This document shows positions 42,834-50,038 of a stretch of 64,000 nucleotides of DNA, piece by piece (positions within the stretch are counted from its first letter, which is position 1; each line of letters opens with the position of its first letter). The position numbers and the translations under genes were made by a program. Below the pieces are notes generated by a model. That model saw only the letters and a program-made list of their open reading frames with translations, was not told where the DNA came from and ran no database searches. Source of the stretch: an uncultured Sutterella sp. (GTDB lineage Bacteria > Pseudomonadota > Gammaproteobacteria > Burkholderiales > Burkholderiaceae_F); assembly GCA_900315045.1 (NCBI GenBank), contig OMXR01000004.1:26136-90135 (forward strand), given 5' to 3'.

Positions 42834-44108
42834 TTACCGGTGGAAACCGCCGTTGTTGCGCAGGTAGGAAGGCACGCCGGAAATGACTCTTCTCTGAGAG
42901 GATTCCTCCAGAGGCGATTGCTGTGCGTCTGCCGGCCGAGCGATCGGCTCAAGTCTGGGTCGCTCAAGGGACCCCTGCTCGGGTTCGTCCTCCTGCACCT
43001 GTGGCTCAGGGGCGGCTGCCTGGCGGGTATTGCTGCGGAAGAAATCCGACGTTTTCTGGCTGAACGCGCTGCGCGGCTGGCTCTGAGCCTGAGGAGCCGC
43101 ACGGGTCATGTTCACAACGGGACTGACCATCGAAGCCTCTTCGCGCACGGGATCGTCAAGCCCCGTTGCCACGACAGTCACGCGCAGCTCCTCTCCCATG
43201 GTGTCGTCAAAAGCCGTGCCGACAATCACGTTCGCATCCTTGCTCACGAAATTCGTCATGGTGGTCATGACCTGGCGGACATCAGCGTGGCACATCGTTT
43301 CCGGAGAAGCCGTGATGTAGACCAGAAGCCCCCTGGCGCCCTGCAGGTTTGCCCCTTCAAGCAACGGACAGGCAATCGCCTTTTCGGCAGCCTCCTTGGC
43401 GCGGTCGGGCCCCTTGGCCGTTGCCGTTCCCATCATCGCCGTGCCGCGCTCGCTCATCACCGTGCGCAGATCTTCAAAGTCAACGTTGATGATGCCGGGC
43501 GTATGAATGATTTCGGCGATGCCGTTGCAAGCCCGGTACAGCACTTCATCGGCCGCGGCAAAGCAATCCTTGATCGTCGCCGCTCCGCCAACTTCGTCCT
43601 CAAGCTTGTCGTTGAGAATGACGATGAGGCTGTCGACGTGCTCCTTGAGATTGTCAATGCCGGCCTGAGCCTGGCGCATGCGGCGCGCCCCTTCGAATTC
43701 AAACGGCTTTGTCACGACCGCAACGGTGAGAATGCCCATTTCCCGGGCAATCGAGGCAATCACAGGAGCGGCCCCAGTGCCGGTACCGCCGCCCATGCCC
43801 GCCGTGATGAAGAGAAGGTGCGTGCCCTCAAGCGCCTCGCGGATCTGCTCGGCGGCGTCCTGCGCGGTCTGCATGCCGACCTCAGGTCTTGCGCCAGCGC
43901 CCAGCCCTGTCTTGCCAAGCGGAATCACGATGTCGGCGCGGGAGCGGTTGAGCGCCTGCCGGTCGGTGTTGGCGGCAATAAAGGTAATGCCGCGCGCCTC
44001 CCTGTCAATCATGTGTTCGACTGCGTTTCCCCCGCCGCCGCCAACGCCAAAGACCTTGACAACGGCCACGAACGTTTCGGGGTGATCATTAACCATCTGG
44101 ATGGGCAT
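42834..44108 (-). CDS. ftsZ: Cell division GTPase FtsZ
   Basis: VFGVGGGGGNAV...ITAGMGGGTGTGAAPVIA (tubulin signature) and a C-terminal variable linker plus tail. It ends 11 nt before lpxC. Confidence 0.98.
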   Translation of the reverse strand: MPIQMVNDHPETFVAVVKVFGVGGGGGNAVEHMIDREARGITFIAANTDRQALNRSRADIVIPLGKTGLGAGARPEVGMQTAQDAAEQIREALEGTHLLFITAGMGGGTGTGAAPVIASIAREMGILTVAVVTKPFEFEGARRMRQAQAGIDNLKEHVDSLIVILNDKLEDEVGGAATIKDCFAAADEVLYRACNGIAEIIHTPGIINVDFEDLRTVMSERGTAMMGTATAKGPDRAKEAAEKAIACPLLEGANLQGARGLLVYITASPETMCHADVRQVMTTMTNFVSKDANVIVGTAFDDTMGEELRVTVVATGLDDPVREEASMVSPVVNMTRAAPQAQSQPRSAFSQKTSDFFRSNTRQAAAPEPQVQEDEPEQGSLERPRLEPIARPADAQQSPLEESSQRRVISGVPSYLRNNGGFHR

Positions 44109-44227
44109 AGTGAAACCTAACCTTGAGCAAAGCCGATCAAAAAATTCTGTTAATTATCGCCGCTCGGCAGGCTTTTGTGTCGAAACAGCAGGACTTTTTC
44201 TCGTCTCGCTCTGACAAGAGACAGATG

Positions 44228-44968
44228 TCAGAAAAGACGGGGCTGCCCGTCAGCCTCGGGGATGTCGAACCAGTCAATTGGATTCTCGCCATGCTCTTTG
44301 AACCATTCATTGACCTTGCGGAAATGCCCGCACCCGAAAAACGGAACCGGAGGGCGTCTGGCGGAGAGCGGCGAAGGATGATTTGCCTTCAGCACAAGAT
44401 GCATCCGACCGCCCAAAACGGTGATCATCTCCTCCTTTTTCTGCGCAGCGGCGCCCCAGAGCAAAAATGCACAGGGACGGTCGCGCCCGGCCACAGCCCG
44501 GATCAGGCTGCCAGTGAAAACCTCCCAGCCTTTGCCGGCGTGGGATCCTGCCTGCCCCTCTTCCACCGTGAGAACAGTATTGATGAGCAGAACGCCCTGA
44601 CGGGCCCAGCCCGTCAGATCACCGCAGGAAGGCTCGGGACGGGAAAACTCTTCCCCCAACTCCCGGAAAATGTTTCTAAGACTGCGTGCGAGCGGCCTGA
44701 CCTCAGGGTTCAGGGCAAACGCGAGCCCCATGGCGTGGCCGGCCGTTGGATAGGGATCCTGTCCGACAATCACCACGCGCACGCTCTCGATCGGCGTCAG
44801 CCTCAGGGCGCGATAGGGATCCGCGGGAAAGATCACTGCGCCGTCACTCCGTCTGGAATCAAGAAAGGAGCCAAGCCGCAAGCCGTCTTCACTGCGCCAG
44901 AAATCACGCAGCAGATCGCCTGCGAGTCCCTCAACCGTTTCTCCGCGATCAAAGTTTCCGTTGTGCAC
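44228..44968 (-). CDS. ung: Uracil-DNA glycosylase (family 1)
   Basis: VVIVGQDPYP..GHAMGLAF, GVLLINTVLTV, LLWG..AQKK and HPSPLSA motifs. GTG at 44968 lies 5 nt after AGGGAAG. The longer track ORF runs antisense through tRNA genes. Confidence 0.9.
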   Translation of the reverse strand: MHNGNFDRGETVEGLAGDLLRDFWRSEDGLRLGSFLDSRRSDGAVIFPADPYRALRLTPIESVRVVIVGQDPYPTAGHAMGLAFALNPEVRPLARSLRNIFRELGEEFSRPEPSCGDLTGWARQGVLLINTVLTVEEGQAGSHAGKGWEVFTGSLIRAVAGRDRPCAFLLWGAAAQKKEEMITVLGGRMHLVLKANHPSPLSARRPPVPFFGCGHFRKVNEWFKEHGENPIDWFDIPEADGQPRLF

Positions 44969-45072
44969 CTGATCTTCCCTCAAGTTCTTGTTTTCCCGAG
45001 CATTACTCTCGTACAGTTCGCCGGATTGTGCCAAAAAACCGATGTGCGCGCAGATTATTTTTTCAACCAGTC

Positions 45073-45100
45073 TTGCGCCTTCGTGAATTCTCCTTATAAT
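45073..45100 (+). promoter_or_regulatory. Sigma70-type promoter of the tRNA-Pro/Arg/His operon
   Basis: TTGCGC (45073-45078), a 16-nt spacer, then a perfect TATAAT (45095-45100) followed by a GC-rich discriminator. The tRNA starts 11 nt after the -10. Confidence 0.6.
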
Positions 45101-45111
45101 GCCTAACTCTC

Positions 45112-45188
45112 CGGGGTGTAGCGCAGTCCGGTAGCGCGCCTGCTTTGGGAGCAGGATGTCGGGAGTTCGAATCTCTTCACCCCGACCA
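45112..45188 (+). tRNA. tRNA-Pro (anticodon UGG)
   Basis: Acceptor CGGGGTG/CACCCCG, anticodon loop TTTGGGA, T-loop TTCGAAT and an encoded CCA. Confidence 0.9.
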
Positions 45189-45202
45189 ACCGCAACTTGG
45201 AA

Positions 45203-45279
45203 CTGCCCGTAGCTCAGCTGGATAGAGCATCGGCCTTCTAAGCCGAGGGTCGCTGGTTCGAATCCTGCCGGGCAGGCCA
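45203..45279 (+). tRNA. tRNA-Arg (anticodon UCU)
   Basis: D-arm GCTCAGCTGGATAGAGC, anticodon loop CTTCTAA and an encoded CCA. The acceptor is CTGCCCG/CGGGCAG, and the T-stem GCTGG/CCTGC contains one U-U mismatch. Confidence 0.8.
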
Positions 45280-45305
45280 ATCACCAGTTCGGAGAAAAAA
45301 TTTAC

Positions 45306-45382
45306 GGTGGCTATAGCTCAGTTGGTAGAGTCCCGGATTGTGATTCCGGTTGTCGTGGGTTCGAGCCCCTCTAGCCACCCCA
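45306..45382 (+). tRNA. tRNA-His (anticodon GUG)
   Basis: An extra 5' G(-1) precedes GTGGCTA. Anticodon loop is TTGTGAT, the 3' acceptor strand is TAGCCAC, and CCA is encoded. Confidence 0.9.
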
Positions 45383-45391
45383 GAATGCCTA

Positions 45392-45421
45392 GGGAGAGTC
45401 TTTTCGACTCTCCCTTTTTTT
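45392..45421 (+). terminator. Rho-independent terminator of the tRNA operon
   Basis: GGGAGAGTC-TTTTC-GACTCTCCC followed by TTTTTTT. Confidence 0.88.
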
Positions 45422-45464
45422 CGTCCGGTTTTGTCTCTAGTGTCTTGATTTGCAACACTTTTTG

Positions 45465-45511
45465 CTTATCAGGACTTATCAGGTCTCATCACGTTTTTTC
45501 ACCTTGATAAG
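45465..45511. repeat. Short repeat family CTTATCAGG: two tandem copies plus one inverted near-copy
   Basis: CTTATCAGG at 45465-45473 and 45475-45483. CCTTGATAAG at 45502-45511 is the inverted variant (CTTATCAAGG). Confidence 0.7.
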
Positions 45512-45527
45512 CGTCAAGCGCAGCGAA

Positions 45528-45594
45528 GCATGTAGCAGATAATGTAGCAGGTATCGCAAAACAGGGATCAATTTCCGTCCCGCCTGCTACATGC
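45528..45594. repeat. Short repeat family GCATGTAGCAG: direct, partial direct and inverted copies
   Basis: GCATGTAGCAG at 45528-45538, ATGTAGCAG at 45542-45550, and CTGCTACATGC at 45584-45594 (a perfect 11-bp inverted partner). A further GCATGTAGC lies at 46001-46009. Confidence 0.75.
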
Positions 45595-45609
45595 TAGGAG
45601 AAAAAACGT

Positions 45610-45711
45610 ATGGCTTTCAGGCAGTTACCTCCTTTGACTGACAAGGCAGCCCGCGCCGCAACCAAGACTATCGGCGTCGGCCTGATTCCCGGTCTGTTGC
45701 TGATCCATGGA
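45610..45711 (+). pseudogene. Tyrosine integrase N-terminal stub (P4/CP4-57-like, DUF4102-type start), about 34 codons
   Basis: AGGAG lies 9 nt before the ATG. MAFRQLPPLTDKAARAATKT..GLIPGLLLIHG resembles the PLTDxxIKAAKP...GL.LLI start of tRNA-associated integrases (from memory). No catalytic domain follows. Confidence 0.4.
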
Positions 45712-45750
45712 CAGCTGGTCTTTCACCGCCGTTTCAGCATACTCAAACTT
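45709..45750 (-). pseudogene. RelE/ParE-type toxin 5' stub (about 14 codons, no start codon)
   Basis: The minus-strand frame overlapping the antitoxin stop reads (TAG)KFEYAETAVKDQLS, which fits the toxin N-terminal pattern aromatic-x-aromatic-xxx-A-x-K-D-x-L. Similarity ends where the integrase stub begins. Confidence 0.35.
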
Positions 45751-45967
45751 CTACGGCAAGGAGTTTCTCCATTTCGTCGGACGAATAGACCTTCTCCTCA
45801 CCGCTGCGAACGCGCTCAATCACACGCTCTGCCAGGTAGATGTCCTCAATTTCGTCCAGATACTTGAGAATTGCCTCACGGGCATAGAAAGTCTTTGTGC
45901 GTCCAGCAGCTTCTGCAAGATGCTCAAGCCGCTTCTCCTCAGATTCCAGAAGTCGCAAAGTCAACAC
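45743..45967 (-). CDS. RelB-family (ribbon-helix-helix) type II antitoxin, orphan
   Basis: LTLRLLESEEKRLEHLAEAAGRTKTFYAREAILKYLDEIEDIYLAERVIERVRSGEEKVYSSDEMEKLL matches the RHH N-terminus plus the DLEDxYLAE... tail of RelB-type antitoxins. GTG start follows GGGAGAG. Confidence 0.68.
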   Translation of the reverse strand: MLTLRLLESEEKRLEHLAEAAGRTKTFYAREAILKYLDEIEDIYLAERVIERVRSGEEKVYSSDEMEKLLAVEV

Positions 45968-46119
45968 GTCGATCTCTCCCTTTTCATCCTGTCATTACAA
46001 GCATGTAGCCACCGGAGACCACTTGTCCTGCACCATATCCGGATAGGCCAAGGCTTGATCACTTGCCAGGTTCAGCAAAAAGCTCACTCACACTTTGTGC
46101 GGTTGTCAGTTCTCCGCGT

Positions 46120-46443
46120 TTACCGGCGGCATTGCTCAAGATACATCTGCATCGCTTCATCTTGCGCGAGCCAATAATCCACTACCCAACCTTTGATCCT
46201 CTCGCGGCTCGTCCGGTTGAAAAGCTGCTTCTTTCCGTAAGACTCGAAATCGCCGACTATCACGTCATCTGCGGATGGAGTCGGTCCTTCAGCATGCTCA
46301 ACCAAGGCAAACCCGTCGCTGCTTTGCAGGATGTAGTAGTCGCAACCAGTCTCGATGTATACGACCTCGCCCTTGGCGGCCACTGAAACAGGGGAAGCCA
46401 GAAGGCAGGCAATCAGCGGCAATAGAGTCAAAGACGATTTCAT
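46120..46443 (-). CDS. Small exported protein (signal peptide, possible lipobox LIAC), function unknown
   Basis: MKSSLTLLPLIACLLASPVSVAAKGE... followed by ~80 aa of mature protein. I recognise no family. Confidence 0.55.
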   Translation of the reverse strand: MKSSLTLLPLIACLLASPVSVAAKGEVVYIETGCDYYILQSSDGFALVEHAEGPTPSADDVIVGDFESYGKKQLFNRTSRERIKGWVVDYWLAQDEAMQMYLEQCRR

Positions 46444-46574
46444 CTTGCACTGCTTCAGCTAGCGGCGGCGCCCAAAGATGGCGGAGCCGACCGGCAGCGG
46501 CTGAGGCAACGCCGCTAAAACGCGTCGATGAGCGCCATCGTTCCCCACAAGGCACTCACTCTCAGCCCAACCGC

Positions 46575-48119
46575 CTAAGCTTTTGAGGTTGCTGGTCTCG
46601 TATTGAATGGCGCGTTCGCCCGAGCAATGAACCCTTCAGCCGTTTCCAGGGCTTTATCCTTCACAGCCATGAACGCCTCCACCACCTGCGGGTCGAAGTG
46701 CTTGCCACTTTCCTGCTGAATGATGCCAAGCGCCTTCTCGTAGGGGAATCCTTCCTTGTAGCTGCGCCGAGAAACCAGAGCGTCAAACACGTCGGCCACG
46801 GCCATCACCCTGGCCGAAAGCGGAATATCCTCACCCGCAAGACCGCTTGGATAGCCCTTGCCGTTCCATTTTTCGTGGTGATACATGGCCAGGTTCTTCG
46901 CTTCTGCCAGATAGTTCGACTCGGGCATCAGCTCGATGATGGTATCGATGATCTTTCCGCCGTGCGTCGTATGCGTCTTCATGACTTCGAACTCTTCGTC
47001 CGTGAGCTTGCCCGGCTTGTTGAGGATCATATCCGGCACATGGATCTTGCCAACATCGTGCAAGGGAGCCGCCTGAACCACGCTGTTGATGTATTCGTCC
47101 GTCAGCTTGTCAGCGTACACGCCGCGCCTTCTCATCTCTTCAAGAATCAGGCTGACATACTTGGCCGTCTTGCGAATATGCTGGCCGGTATTCTCATCCC
47201 TGTTCTCAACGAGCTCGGCAATCGTCACGAGCAAGTTCTCGTGCATCTTCTGGATTGTCGCGTTCTTCTGGTTGATGTCCTTGATATACCGGACGCTGTC
47301 CCCGGTCATCTTGACGAACGAGCGGTACAGATTCTCCAGCTCGTCTCCCGTCCTGATATTGAGCCTGGCGATCTTGGAGAGGTTCTCCTCCATGCTCTTT
47401 TCGTTATCAAAGACAAACCGCCCCGTGGTTTCCGCCATGCGGTTGATCGGGTTAATCATCTTGCGCGCCCAAATGGCGGCAGGAATCAGAATGAACAGCA
47501 TGACAAGGGAGAAAAACTGCGCCAGCGTGTTGAAAAACCGCTTGGAATCGTTGCGCAGGTCGTTCATGGAAATATCCACGGCTGCGTAGCACTGGGTCAC
47601 ACCCTTGCTGTCACGCACCGGCGTGTAAACCGTGAGAAGCCACCCGTAGGTGTCATCCGAAATGACGGGTTCGATCTTCTCGCCCTTCATCAAAGCAGGC
47701 AGGTATTGCTTGAAGGAATCATCGAACTTGACGATGGAGCCGGGCTGGCTCTGGGCATCTTCCGAGGTATCCAGGTCAAAGACGACCTGGCAGCCCTGGG
47801 GCAGAATCTTGTAGACGTAGACGTATTCAATATTGGGGGAGCTGCCCTTGATGATCTCAAGCTTGCGTCTTGTCATCAAATAGCCTTCATCGTCAGTCCC
47901 CTCCTTGATGAACGAGGAGACGCGGTCGGCGTCAATGACGCTGGCGACAAGAGCGGAAGTCGCCACACCGAGCTGCTTGTGCTGCGCGATGGTCGCATCT
48001 TCATAGAAACGATAGCTCACTAGTGCCGAAATCACTCCGAACAGCGCGAGCGCTCCAAATATCAAGGCCAGAATCTTCGTCTGGATTGAAAAGGATATCT
48101 TTCGTTTTCCTTTGTTCAC
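46575..48119 (-). CDS. Membrane sensor with a periplasmic Cache-like domain, HAMP and an HD-GYP (c-di-GMP phosphodiesterase-type) output
   Basis: TM, ~200-aa extracytoplasmic domain, TM, linker, then HD...HHEKWNGKGYP plus the LHDVGK and ADVFDAL motifs. GTG at 48119 lies 6 nt after GAGAGG. GC content is visibly lower than in the neighbours. Confidence 0.85.
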   Translation of the reverse strand: MNKGKRKISFSIQTKILALIFGALALFGVISALVSYRFYEDATIAQHKQLGVATSALVASVIDADRVSSFIKEGTDDEGYLMTRRKLEIIKGSSPNIEYVYVYKILPQGCQVVFDLDTSEDAQSQPGSIVKFDDSFKQYLPALMKGEKIEPVISDDTYGWLLTVYTPVRDSKGVTQCYAAVDISMNDLRNDSKRFFNTLAQFFSLVMLFILIPAAIWARKMINPINRMAETTGRFVFDNEKSMEENLSKIARLNIRTGDELENLYRSFVKMTGDSVRYIKDINQKNATIQKMHENLLVTIAELVENRDENTGQHIRKTAKYVSLILEEMRRRGVYADKLTDEYINSVVQAAPLHDVGKIHVPDMILNKPGKLTDEEFEVMKTHTTHGGKIIDTIIELMPESNYLAEAKNLAMYHHEKWNGKGYPSGLAGEDIPLSARVMAVADVFDALVSRRSYKEGFPYEKALGIIQQESGKHFDPQVVEAFMAVKDKALETAEGFIARANAPFNTRPATSKA

Positions 48120-48447
48120 AAGCAACCTCTCTATATAGGCAGCCCTGCTTTCATTGCGCGCGCGGTGGCTCCTTTGCCGCCAAAGACCTCTTTTGACGGG
48201 GTTTCTTCCGCCATTCGGCGCATGACTTGTGTTTGTTATTCTTGCACTTTTCATTTCGTTCCACAATAGCCAAACGAACACGCATGCCGCATTTCAGCGT
48301 GCCAAAGCGTTCATCAGCGCCATGCAAGGCGGCAGCTAAGATGTTTTCCTGAGAGCCGGAAGCGGACCGCCAATCAAGCCGCTGGCGGGACGATCGGTTT
48401 TCGGAAACGGTTTGTTGCAAGTTTTTCATTGCCGGGACAAGAAAGAT

Positions 48448-48476
48448 CCGACACGGCCACCAGCCCTATCTATAAT
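48448..48476 (+). promoter_or_regulatory. Candidate sigma70 promoter of the flavin oxidoreductase gene
   Basis: CCGACA (48448-48453), a 17-nt spacer, then a perfect TATAAT (48471-48476), 44 nt upstream of ATG 48520. Confidence 0.4.
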
Positions 48477-48519
48477 CGCCCGATCACGTAAAACCACTAC
48501 TTATACGCAAGGCTTACCC

Positions 48520-49617
48520 ATGGATTCCAATATCTTCACCTCCTACGTCCTGAACAACGGCGTTCCTGTCGACAATCGCCTGGCCGTTGCTCCGCTCACT
48601 CTTTTCAGTTCCAATGCGGACGGCTCGATCAATGAGGCCGAAGCCAAATTCCTCGACACGCGCGCCGAGAACATCGGTCTTTATATTCTGGGGGCAACCC
48701 TGGTGCAGGAAGACGGCCTGACGTTCCCCTGCCAGCCGCGCGCCATCAGCGAAGCGGATCTGCCCTCTCTTGCCGAGCGTGCCAGAATCGTCAAGTCGCA
48801 CGGCGCCAAGGCGATCCTTCAGATCCACCACGGCGGAATCAAGGCTTCCGCGGCACTCTCTGGCACGATGGCAGTCGGCCCGAGCGCCGCTGACGGCGTG
48901 CACGAGATGACCGAACAGGAAATCGAAGCGCTGGTCGCGGCCTTTGCCCGGGCCACCGAGTACGCAATCCGATCGGGCCACGACGGAGTCGAGATTCACG
49001 GCGCGAACGGCTTTGTTCTGCAGCAATTTTTCTCCGCGCACACGAACCGCCGCACGGATCAGTATGGCGGCTCCGTGGCAAACCGCATGCGCTTTGCCCT
49101 TGCTGTCACCGATGCGGTCTGCAAGGTTCGCGAGAAGCTGAACCGCACGGACTTCATCATCGGCTATCGGCTTTCGCCCGAAGAGCCCGAGGAGGACGGC
49201 ATCTCCATGACTGAGACGCTTGCGCTTGTCGAGGCGCTCTGCCAGAGGCCGCTTCAGTACCTGCATGTCTCCCAGAAGAACTTTTCCCAGGCTGCCCGCC
49301 GCGGCACAGGGGCGGGTCAGTCGCGCCTTGCGCTCATCCACAAGAAGATTGCGGACCGCATGGCGCTTGTCGGCGTCGGAGGTCTGGTTACGGGAGAGGA
49401 TCTTGACAATGCGCTCAAGTCGGGGCTCTGTGAATTTACCGCTGTCGGCAAGTCCATCATGATGAATCCCCGGCTTGGCACGCTGCTCCTCAAGGACAAG
49501 AACGCCCGCGTTGAGAGCGCTCTTGATCTGGGCAGAGCTGACCACTACGCCATTCCGGATCCCCTCTGGGCCATGTGCAGGCAGGCCCAGGATTGGCTCC
49601 CGCCCGTAAAATCCTAA
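48520..49617 (+). CDS. NADH:flavin oxidoreductase (Old Yellow Enzyme family)
   Basis: LAVAPLT..., ILQIHHGG, GHDGVEIHGANGFVLQQFFS...NRRTDQYGGS..NR.RF are OYE hallmarks. I place the start at Met 48520. Confidence 0.85.
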   Translation: MDSNIFTSYVLNNGVPVDNRLAVAPLTLFSSNADGSINEAEAKFLDTRAENIGLYILGATLVQEDGLTFPCQPRAISEADLPSLAERARIVKSHGAKAILQIHHGGIKASAALSGTMAVGPSAADGVHEMTEQEIEALVAAFARATEYAIRSGHDGVEIHGANGFVLQQFFSAHTNRRTDQYGGSVANRMRFALAVTDAVCKVREKLNRTDFIIGYRLSPEEPEEDGISMTETLALVEALCQRPLQYLHVSQKNFSQAARRGTGAGQSRLALIHKKIADRMALVGVGGLVTGEDLDNALKSGLCEFTAVGKSIMMNPRLGTLLLKDKNARVESALDLGRADHYAIPDPLWAMCRQAQDWLPPVKS

Positions 49618-49639
49618 TAAATCAGCAATCTACAGGCGC

Positions 49640-49672
49640 AAGACCGCAGTTTTCTCCCTGCGGTCTTTTCTT
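49640..49672 (+). terminator. Rho-independent terminator after the oxidoreductase gene
   Basis: Perfect 10-bp stem AAGACCGCAG/CTGCGGTCTT with an 8-nt loop, then TTTCTT. Confidence 0.8.
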
Positions 49673-50038
49673 GATTTTCAACAATATCTGCAAATCTTAA
49701 TTTGTTGATTGAGAGAATTTCGATGTAACTCTAATTTCGATTTCATTATTTATGAAAAGCGCGTTTTTGTGCTGCACTCCTCTGAAATTAATTTTTCTTA
49801 CTCTAGGAAGCGAAGCAGAAACCGCCCGCTTTCGATGCCGCCCGTGGGCGCGGCACCCTCGCCCCGTTTTTTCTGCCCGCACTCTTTCCCGTCTGCATGG
49901 CTGGCACGGCGCCCGGATCTCATCAGAAAAAGCTACCGGACGATTCTTTCCAGGAAATGCATTTTTCATAAATTCGCGTATTTCAATTTGTGTTAACATG
50001 CGCTTTCACGGATATCCAAAGAACAACAAATCGCTTTT

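Noticed and set aside
44969-45507. ORF extensions or ORFs running through the tRNA cluster (the 44228-45280(-) N-terminal part and 45307-45507(+)), and likewise 19592-19891(+) and 19652-19876(-) over tRNA-Ala.
   Set aside because: The translations (for example GFEPATLGLEGRCSIQLSYG and AIAQLVESRIVIPVVVGSSP) are the well-known artefacts of translating tRNA genes. The tRNA cloverleaves explain the sequence.
46006-46013. TAGCCACC, identical to 8 nt of the tRNA-His 3' acceptor end, considered as a possible attR core marking the far end of the island.
   Set aside because: Eight nucleotides is too short to be significant over a 9-kb search space, and the match overlaps the GCATGTAGC repeat. I found no longer direct repeat of the tRNA-His 3' end by eye in the intergenic regions up to 53.5 kb.
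48151-48429. A 92-aa minus-strand ORF upstream of the HD-GYP gene (MKNLQQTVSENRSS...KCGMRVRL...CKNNKHKSC...), possibly a zinc-ribbon or transposase fragment.
   Set aside because: I recognise no family motif and see no clear RBS. Basic low-complexity composition suggests a spurious ORF or an unrecognisable relic, so I do not report it as a feature.
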